A DNA stretch of 32,000 nt. Origin: Fibrobacter succinogenes subsp. succinogenes S85. GTDB taxonomy: Bacteria; Fibrobacterota; Fibrobacteria; Fibrobacterales; Fibrobacteraceae. The notes under the pieces were generated by a model that worked only from the letters and a program-made list of their open reading frames with translations, did not search any database and was not told the origin of the DNA. The position numbers were made by a program, and so were the translations under genes. The stretch lies in the NCBI RefSeq assembly GCF_000146505.1, contig NC_017448.1:1890001-1922000 (forward strand), written 5' to 3'. This document shows positions 26,848-32,000 of the stretch, one piece after another. The first letter of the stretch is position 1, and the number at the start of each line of letters is the position of its first letter.

Positions 26848-28284
26848 ATGACTAAAGAAGAAATTTTAGCGGGAGAATCCGAAATACTCGAATTTAAGAG
26901 GGACATTCCCGAGCAGAGTATCAAGTATATGAAAACCGTTGTCGCCTTTGCCAACGGCAAAGGCGGAACAATTGTATTTGGCGTAGATGACAAAACTCGC
27001 AAGGTCGTCGGCATAAAGAAGGTCGAAGTGTTTCAAAAGGCAGATGCTATTGCTGACGCCATCTTCAATAGCTGCGAACCAAAAATCAGACCCAACATCA
27101 ACCTTCAGGAGATTGATAAAAAGTACATCATTGTTGTTACAATTCCCGTAGGCATGCAGCAACCCTACTACATAAAAAGTATGGGCATCACGGATGGAAC
27201 TTTCGTCCGTGTCGCAGCCACAACGCGTGAAGCTGAGCGTTATATGCTCAAGGAATTGGTTCTTGAAGGGAATAACGAATCATTTGACCAACAGCCCATT
27301 GGCGAAAAAGTCGCAAAAGAAGAAATCGACGAACTATGCGATAAAATTTATGATTTCACTTCATCTTCTCTGAGCAAAAAAGAACGTCTCGCTTTGCGTA
27401 GACCAACCGTCAATCAACTACAATCGTGGAAATTGCTGAAGAAAGACGGGCGATCTTTGGTAGCAACTAACGGATTTCGGCTTTTGCAGGGAAACGCCGA
27501 AGAATATTCCGATGCAAAGATTCAATGTGCGGTATTTAAAGGGACAACGCGAGGCGACTTTTTGAAGCGTCAAAATATGGAAGGTCCGATTTTTGAACAA
27601 ATTGAAGCCGCGTATCAGTTCGTAATACAAAATCTTCCTGCTCAATCCGAAGTGAAAGGGCTGTTTCGTCACGAAAAATATGCTTTGCCAGAAGCAGCGA
27701 TCCGTGAAGTTATCGCTAACGCAGTATGCCATCGCAGCTATTTGATCCCCCGAAAAATACAGGTCGCTTTGTATGACGACAGGTTGGAAGTCACATCTCC
27801 AGGAACGCTAAACAAGGATATCACATTGGAAAAAATGCGTGAGGGAATGTCAAGCGTTCGTAATAAAGGCATTGCCGAAGCGTTCATTTACATGCGTATC
27901 GTAGAAACTTGGGGTAGCGGCATTCCAAATATTTTTAAAGCCATGCAAGAATACAACTTGCCAGAACCTGAAATGCAAGATTTTCATGGCGATTTCAGAA
28001 TAACTCTTTCGTGGGACAGAAAGCTACCCAATCCTACCCAATTCCTACCCAATCCTACCCAATTCCTACCCAATCCTACCCAATATAGCGAAAAAGAGCT
28101 TTTGATTCTCCACGCCCTCAAAAATACCCCATCTATAACGCAAGGAGAACTGGCTCAATCATTGGGAATGGATACAAATCAAATAAAGTATTATCTTAAC
28201 AAACTTAAGAACGGCTCAAATCCAGCAATCCGTCACATTGGTACAACACGTAACGGATATTGGGAAGTGTTAATAGAAATCTAG
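26848..28284 (+). CDS. AlbA_2 (Schlafen-type) / HATPase_c_4 / winged-HTH protein, the family often annotated as a putative DNA-binding or RecG-like ATP-binding transcriptional regulator (478 aa)
   Basis: The N-terminus GESEILEFKRDIPEQSIKYMKTVVAFANGKGGTIVFGVDDKTRKVVGI matches the AlbA_2 pattern. The segment EAAIREVIANAVCHRSYLIPRKIQVALYDDRLEVTSPGTL...VRNKGIAEAF...VETWGSGIPNI matches the HATPase_c_4 pattern. The C-terminal wHTH is LLILHALKNTPSITQGELAQSLGMDTNQIKYYLNKLK...RNGYWEVL. The RBS is AAAGGAA. The gene starts 63 nt after the previous gene with no hairpin in between. Confidence 0.9.
   Translation: MTKEEILAGESEILEFKRDIPEQSIKYMKTVVAFANGKGGTIVFGVDDKTRKVVGIKKVEVFQKADAIADAIFNSCEPKIRPNINLQEIDKKYIIVVTIPVGMQQPYYIKSMGITDGTFVRVAATTREAERYMLKELVLEGNNESFDQQPIGEKVAKEEIDELCDKIYDFTSSSLSKKERLALRRPTVNQLQSWKLLKKDGRSLVATNGFRLLQGNAEEYSDAKIQCAVFKGTTRGDFLKRQNMEGPIFEQIEAAYQFVIQNLPAQSEVKGLFRHEKYALPEAAIREVIANAVCHRSYLIPRKIQVALYDDRLEVTSPGTLNKDITLEKMREGMSSVRNKGIAEAFIYMRIVETWGSGIPNIFKAMQEYNLPEPEMQDFHGDFRITLSWDRKLPNPTQFLPNPTQFLPNPTQYSEKELLILHALKNTPSITQGELAQSLGMDTNQIKYYLNKLKNGSNPAIRHIGTTRNGYWEVLIEI
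28024..28084 (+). repeat. Perfect 21-nt tandem repeat, 2.9 copies, in frame, encoding (L)PNPTQF repeats in the linker before the wHTH
   Basis: The unit ctacccaatcctacccaattc occurs at 28024-28044 and 28045-28065, followed by a 19-nt partial copy at 28066-28084. Each unit is itself two copies of a CCTACCCAAT(T) sub-repeat. The translation is KLPNPTQFLPNPTQFLPNPTQY. Confidence 0.95.
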
Positions 28285-28389
28285 TAGGAATAAAAAAAAT
28301 AGCTGCGTAAATTCGCAGGAAGTAGTAGGTTATGTAAAATTTTCTTACCCCTCTTGCCAGTTTTTTGGATATTAGGTACATTACATCTC

Positions 28390-28430
28390 AGCGCGTCATT
28401 CCGTAAAAAGGAATGATGCGCTTTTGCTTT
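28390..28430 (+). terminator. Rho-independent terminator for the 25096-28284 two-gene unit
   Basis: A 12-bp stem GCGCGTCATTCC / GGAATGATGCGC (28391-28402 and 28410-28421, one G-U pair) encloses a 7-nt loop. It is followed by TTTTGCTTT. Confidence 0.7.
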
Positions 28431-28490
28431 ATTTGGCTTTGCCATATTGCAAGGGCGCTCCCAGCAAAAATAATAAACACAGGAGACCCT

Positions 28491-29330
28491 ATGACTAAAA
28501 AAGAAGTTACCACTTATTCTCAGCAGACGTTTGAAAAACTCAAGCACATTGATGAAAACGGGAATGAATTTTGGTACGCAAGAGAACTGCAAAAAGCCTT
28601 AGAATATACCGAATATGGCAAGTTTCTACCTGTGATAGAAAAGGCTATCGAAGCATGTCGGAAAACTGGCTTTGATGAGGGAAACCATTTCGCCCACGTG
28701 AGCGAGATGGTCAGAATCGGAAGCGGAGCAGAAAGAAAAATGGATAGCTACAAACTTTCCCGTTACGCTTGCTACCTGATTGTAATGAACGGGGACCCTC
28801 GCAAAGAAGTAATCGCTCTTGGACAAACATATTTCGCTGTTAAAACTCGTCAAAAGGAAATTTCTGATGAAGTCGCACAACTTTCGGAAGATGAAAAACG
28901 CCTAGCCATCCGTGACGAAGTAACGATTCGCAATAAATTCCTTGCCAGCTCCGCAAAAGCTGCCGGCGTCGAAACGCCCGTGGATTATGCTGTATTTCAG
29001 AATCGTGGATATCAGGGTCTTTATAACGGCTTGGGAATGAAGGATATCCACAAACGCAAAGGACTTAAGAAAAACGAACAAATACTGGACCACATGGGAG
29101 CTACAGAGCTTGCTGCAAATCTTTTCCGCATTACACAAACCGACGACAAACTCCGTCGTGAAAACATCAAGGGAAAAGAATTGGCAAATGAAACACATTT
29201 TGCCGTGGGCAAGAAAGTTCGCCAAACTATTGCTGAACTTGGCGGAACAATGCCAGAAAACCTACCCACTCCCAAGATCAGTGCCAAAAAGTTGAAACAG
29301 GAACGCAAGAAAGCCATTGCGAAGAAATAA
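28491..29330 (+). CDS. dinD: DNA-damage-inducible protein D homologue (279 aa)
   Basis: An AGGAG RBS lies at 28481-28485. The product resembles E. coli DinD, as I remember it, over its full length: NGNEFWYARELQKALEYTEYGKFLPVIEKAIEAC, KLSRYACYLIVMNGDPRKEVIALGQTYFAVKTR, FQNRGYQGLYNGLGMKDIHKRKGLKKNEQILDHMGATELAANLFRITQT, VGKKVRQTIAELGGTMPENLPTP. The track start at 28413 lies inside the upstream terminator, so I rejected it. Confidence 0.9.
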   Translation: MTKKEVTTYSQQTFEKLKHIDENGNEFWYARELQKALEYTEYGKFLPVIEKAIEACRKTGFDEGNHFAHVSEMVRIGSGAERKMDSYKLSRYACYLIVMNGDPRKEVIALGQTYFAVKTRQKEISDEVAQLSEDEKRLAIRDEVTIRNKFLASSAKAAGVETPVDYAVFQNRGYQGLYNGLGMKDIHKRKGLKKNEQILDHMGATELAANLFRITQTDDKLRRENIKGKELANETHFAVGKKVRQTIAELGGTMPENLPTPKISAKKLKQERKKAIAKK

Positions 29331-29594
29331 CAAATCTCGCCAAAAGAGTTCCCATTTCATTTTGACGCACCGATTGTTTCACTAGCGAAACACCGACCGT
29401 CACTTTCTGAAATACCAACTTCGCTTGCGCCCATTCAATCGCATTTTTCAGCCACCCGCGCACACATTTTTGCACTTTTTTCGCCGTCCCACCCACCAAA
29501 AACCGCATTTTTTCATCAAATTTCGCCATTTTTGCAATTTTCGCCATCACCTCACAAAAAAAATTTTCTGCGTAACTCTCAAAATCGAAAAAGT

Positions 29595-29610
29595 TGGCAC
29601 GGCTTTAGCT
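29595..29610 (+). promoter_or_regulatory. Candidate sigma-54 (-24/-12) promoter upstream of hsp20
   Basis: The sequence TGGCACGgcttTAGCT compares with the consensus TGGCACG-N4-TTGCW. The GG (29596-97) and GC (29608-09) are spaced correctly, with one mismatch (TTGC to TAGC). The site lies about 70 nt upstream of the hsp20 ATG. Confidence 0.4.
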
Positions 29611-29678
29611 TAAGGTAGGGTGTAAAACAAAAGGGCCAACGGTAAACGCCGAGCCCGCAACAAAAAGAGGTTAAAATT

Positions 29679-30056
29679 ATGATGAACACACAGATCCTTC
29701 CGAACGCTTTCTATGGTATCCAGAACTTCATTGACAGCTTGAACGCCGCAAACGCACAGGGCGAAAGCACCTACACGCCGAAGGCTGACTACTACGAAAC
29801 CGAAGGCGGCTTTGCTCTCGAAGTCGAACTTCCGGGTGTCAAGAAAGAAGACATGGACATCCAGGTCGAAAAGAATATCTTGACGGTCAAGGCTACCCGC
29901 GCACGCAAGGACGAAAAGTTCACTTACGAACGTAGCTTCCGCTTGGCCGACGATATCGATACCGACAACATTAAAGTCTCCTTGGAAAACGGTATCCTGA
30001 AATTCGATCTCTCCAAGAAAGCTCAGGCCGCAGCCCGCAAGATTACCATCGCCTAA
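29679..30056 (+). CDS. Small heat-shock protein, Hsp20/alpha-crystallin family (125 aa)
   Basis: The alpha-crystallin domain reads ADYYETEGGFALEVELPGVKKEDMDIQVEKNILTVKA...FTYERSFRLADDID...IKVSLENGILKFDLSKK. An AAGAGG RBS lies upstream. Confidence 0.9.
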   Translation: MMNTQILPNAFYGIQNFIDSLNAANAQGESTYTPKADYYETEGGFALEVELPGVKKEDMDIQVEKNILTVKATRARKDEKFTYERSFRLADDIDTDNIKVSLENGILKFDLSKKAQAAARKITIA

Positions 30057-30123
30057 AAAGCGATTGGGCTAACGCCTAAAATTTCATAAAGTCCTTTTTC
30101 ATACCTCCTCCTTAGAACAACAG

Positions 30124-30152
30124 ATTCCCGGCAGCGATGTCGGGAATTTTTA
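30124..30152 (+). terminator. Rho-independent terminator after hsp20
   Basis: The stem ATTCCCG / CGGGAAT (30124-30130 and 30141-30147) can be extended with one mismatch. It is followed by TTTTTATT. Confidence 0.7.
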
Positions 30153-30183
30153 TTGCCAAATTTTCTTTTTTGTGTTATATTTG

Positions 30184-30206
30184 AATTTGCAAATGATTCG
30201 CAAATT
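30184..30206. promoter_or_regulatory. Candidate Zur/Fur-type operator upstream of the COG0523 gene
   Basis: This is an imperfect 23-bp palindrome AATTTGCaAATgATTcGCAAATT with 10 of 11 half-site positions symmetric. It has the AATnATT core typical of Fur-family boxes. It lies 31 nt upstream of the ATG at 30237. Confidence 0.4.
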
Positions 30207-30236
30207 GTAATTTCACATTCCATATAAAGGATTCTT

Positions 30237-31385
30237 ATGAAAAAAAATAAGAAACCGGTAATTCTCATTACTGGGTATTTGGGTTCTGGCAAAACGACAC
30301 TTTTAAACAATATTCTCAAGCAAGAGAAGCGAAAAGTCGCCCTCATCGTGAATGATATGGGCAGCATCAACGTTGATGCCGAAATTTTAAAGAAGAACGG
30401 TTCAAATGTCACCGAATGTCCAATGTTTGAATTGCAAAACGGTTGCATTTGCTGCACTCTGCGCGATGAATTCATTCAGCAAATCGAGAAGATTTCCAAT
30501 CTTGATTCTATCGAAGTCGTATTTGTTGAAGCCTCCGGCATCAGTGACCCCGGCGCCGTCAGCGCAAGCTTCCTCGCCTACGAAGATGAAAATCCCAACA
30601 CGAACGTTTACTTAACTTCCATCGTCACGGTGGTCGATGCCGACCGTATTTACCGAGAATTTCTGAGCGACCTCAAGCTCAGAAAAGACGAAATGTTTAA
30701 CGACATCGAACTTTCTCAAGAAGAAATATCAACGCTTATTGTTGACCAGATTGAATTTTGCAACTTCATCGCCTTGAACAAATGCGATTTGCTCAGCGAA
30801 GACCAACTGAAAGAAGTGGAATCCATCGTACGTGATTTCCAGACTCGCGCCCCGATCATCCGCTCGGTCAACGCCGAAATTGACATTGACAAGATTATGA
30901 CGAAAAAGCCGTTCAACTACGGGCAAATAGACTCCTCGTCCGCAATCCAGAAGGCCATGGAAAGCCTAAAAAACCCCAGCCGTTCAAGCAGCGGTTGCGT
31001 TGATGAATACGGAATTTCTTCATTTGTCTTTGAAGCCCGCAAACCGTTCAACAGAGAACGCTTCATGGAATTTGTAAACAACCGCTACCCCACACAGCTC
31101 ATCCGTTCCAAGGGCTACATCTGGTTCTCGGACTGCAGCCGCGACGTGCAACTTTTTGAACAGGCAGGTCGCAATTCGTCAGTAATGCCAGTTTCATATT
31201 GGATCGATGCACTCCAGGAAGACGTAAAGCAATCCTATATTGCAAGCAATCCCGAGCTCAAGGAAAACTGGGATTCCCGATTTGGCGACCGAGAAAACCA
31301 GGTCGTATTCATCGGAAGGGGCTACAACAAGGACGAGATCATGCTCGAACTTGAAAAGTGCCTGGACGAGCGGGCGATCGCCTAG
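30237..31385 (+). CDS. COG0523/CobW-family G3E GTPase, a putative zinc metallochaperone (382 aa)
   Basis: The P-loop is ILITGYLGSGKTTLLNNIL and the metal-binding motif is GCICCTLRDE. Other family motifs are VFVEASGISDP and ALNKCDL. A CobW C-terminal-like region is present. The RBS is AAAGGA. Confidence 0.9.
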   Translation: MKKNKKPVILITGYLGSGKTTLLNNILKQEKRKVALIVNDMGSINVDAEILKKNGSNVTECPMFELQNGCICCTLRDEFIQQIEKISNLDSIEVVFVEASGISDPGAVSASFLAYEDENPNTNVYLTSIVTVVDADRIYREFLSDLKLRKDEMFNDIELSQEEISTLIVDQIEFCNFIALNKCDLLSEDQLKEVESIVRDFQTRAPIIRSVNAEIDIDKIMTKKPFNYGQIDSSSAIQKAMESLKNPSRSSSGCVDEYGISSFVFEARKPFNRERFMEFVNNRYPTQLIRSKGYIWFSDCSRDVQLFEQAGRNSSVMPVSYWIDALQEDVKQSYIASNPELKENWDSRFGDRENQVVFIGRGYNKDEIMLELEKCLDERAIA

Positions 31386-31394
31386 TGGCATACT

Positions 31395-31409
31395 TGACAA
31401 TCATTCTCA
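31395..31409. promoter_or_regulatory. Second, shorter Fur-family-box-like palindrome upstream of the Fur-family gene
   Basis: The sequence TGAcAATcATTcTCA has symmetric TGA.AAT.ATT.TCA arms. It overlaps a TTGACA hexamer (31394-31399) and lies about 47 nt upstream of ATG 31456. Confidence 0.3.
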
Positions 31410-31455
31410 AATTGACTAAATTTCAATTTGGGAATGAATTGCATTTTCAAAGGCA

Positions 31456-31866
31456 ATGGTGAAAATGGTTAAAACGGAATACAAAACACAGACTCGCCAG
31501 ATGATTCTGGACTATATGGTCAAAAATCCTGACCGTATTTTCAAGGCTTCCGAAATTGCACAAAGTCTGCCCGATGTTTCGTTGAGCACCATCTACCGCA
31601 ATTTGGCAAGGCTTGAAGAAGCAGGAATGGTGCAAATCGTTGGAGCCGAAAAGAACAACGAACTTCAATACCGCTATACAGGCCCGGGCCGCTGCGCCTC
31701 CAAGATGCACCTCGTCTGCAAAGACTGCGGAAAGTTTTTTCATCTGGAAGGTCCCGCGCTCCGCCTTTTGCAGCATTCCATTGAACGCCTGAATGGCTTC
31801 ATTCTTGACCAGCAGCAATCGGTTTTACTCGGCCATTGCGCCGTTTGCAGCAGACAAAGGAAATAA
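31456..31866 (+). CDS. Fur-family metalloregulator, probably Zur given the COG0523 neighbour (136 aa; alternative start at 31465)
   Basis: The wHTH is FKASEIAQSLPDVSLSTIYRNLARLEEAGMV. The two Cys pairs typical of the family's structural zinc site are present (CKDCGKFFH and HCAVCS). Confidence 0.85.
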   Translation: MVKMVKTEYKTQTRQMILDYMVKNPDRIFKASEIAQSLPDVSLSTIYRNLARLEEAGMVQIVGAEKNNELQYRYTGPGRCASKMHLVCKDCGKFFHLEGPALRLLQHSIERLNGFILDQQQSVLLGHCAVCSRQRK

Positions 31867-32000
31867 ATTGTTCCATTTATTTGACAAGTTGGTGGTAGCG
31901 ATAGCGCTCTTTTACGCAGAGCACCGCACAGAACATCATTGTCATGGCGAGCATTGCCACGTCTGCCACCACATCCACCATTGTCTGGATATCATTTCAG

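Noticed and set aside
28024-28084. Possibility that the short direct repeats are a CRISPR array
   Set aside because: The repeats are contiguous with no spacers. Each unit is only 21 nt, there are only ~3 copies, and they are in frame inside a well-supported CDS.
28431-28490. SOS/LexA box upstream of dinD
   Set aside because: The spacer contains no CTGT-N8-ACAG element. I also found no TGCNC-N4-GTGCA-type element, which is the motif I recall (unverified) for Fibrobacter LexA. A different LexA motif cannot be excluded.
28281-28592. Minus ORF of 103 aa, and the 28413 start of the dinD track ORF
   Set aside because: Both run through the terminator hairpin at 28391-28421. dinD similarity and the AGGAG RBS support a start at 28491.
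29278-29613. ORFs 29278..29550 (minus, MMAKIAKMAKFDEKMRF...) and 29425..29613 (plus)
   Set aside because: They are generated by T-tract/A-tract repeats. I found no RBS and recognised no family, and the minus ORF would overlap the dinD 3' end. A decayed gene fragment cannot be excluded.
30053-30475. Minus ORF of 140 aa spanning the hsp20 terminator and the COG0523 gene start
   Set aside because: It crosses a terminator, an operator-like palindrome and the P-loop coding region of a well-supported plus gene.
31447-31818. Minus ORF of 123 aa antisense to the Fur-family gene
   Set aside because: The plus frame has the wHTH and CxxC pairs of Fur proteins. The minus product has no motifs.
31877-31981. 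34-aa hydrophobic minus-strand mini-ORF (MVDVVADVAMLAMTMMFCAVLCVKERYRYHQLVK) at the right edge
   Set aside because: An in-frame TGA lies just upstream, so it is not the tail of a larger gene. I saw no RBS. It is too short to support without expression or conservation data. It could be a small membrane peptide, but I am not calling it.
1-32000. Search for rRNA, tRNA, tmRNA, transposase, integrase, IS inverted repeats and toxin-antitoxin pairs
   Set aside because: Nothing in the six-frame products or the intergenic sequence resembled these. This was a search by eye only. tRNAscan, Infernal and ISfinder would be needed to be definitive.

Overview
The window looks like a chromosomal segment from a bacterium of roughly 50% GC. 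The secreted repeat protein, its YNALGR...GAYYRKK C-terminal tail and the codon usage suggest Fibrobacter or another FCB-group organism, but that is inference only.

The core is DNA-end-processing machinery. sbcD-sbcC lies on the minus strand and a tightly coupled recC-recB-recD operon lies on the plus strand. A 1503-aa cytoplasmic hybrid histidine kinase with about seven tandem PAS-like sensor modules separates them.

The left edge holds a partial membrane-anchored Rossmann-type gene that is absent from the ORF track because it runs off the window. Next to it is a 921-aa secreted beta-helix repeat protein.

Downstream of recD there is a 234-aa orphan gene with its own terminator. After it comes a visibly AT-rich insert of about 4.4 kb (about 24.9-29.35 kb). 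It carries three genes:
- a 562-aa protein made of two tandem zinc-ribbon plus CoiA-like PD-(D/E)xK nuclease modules and a Cys-rich tail;
- a 478-aa AlbA_2 (Schlafen-type)/HATPase_c_4/wHTH protein with an in-frame 21-nt tandem repeat;
- a full-length dinD homologue.

The first two genes appear to be co-transcribed. I do not recognise them as any named defence system, so they are my best candidate for an undescribed system.

The right end carries hsp20 with a sigma-54-like promoter, then a COG0523 GTPase and a Fur-family (Zur-like) repressor, each preceded by an AATnATT-core palindrome.

I saw no rRNA, tRNA, CRISPR array, transposase or integrase.
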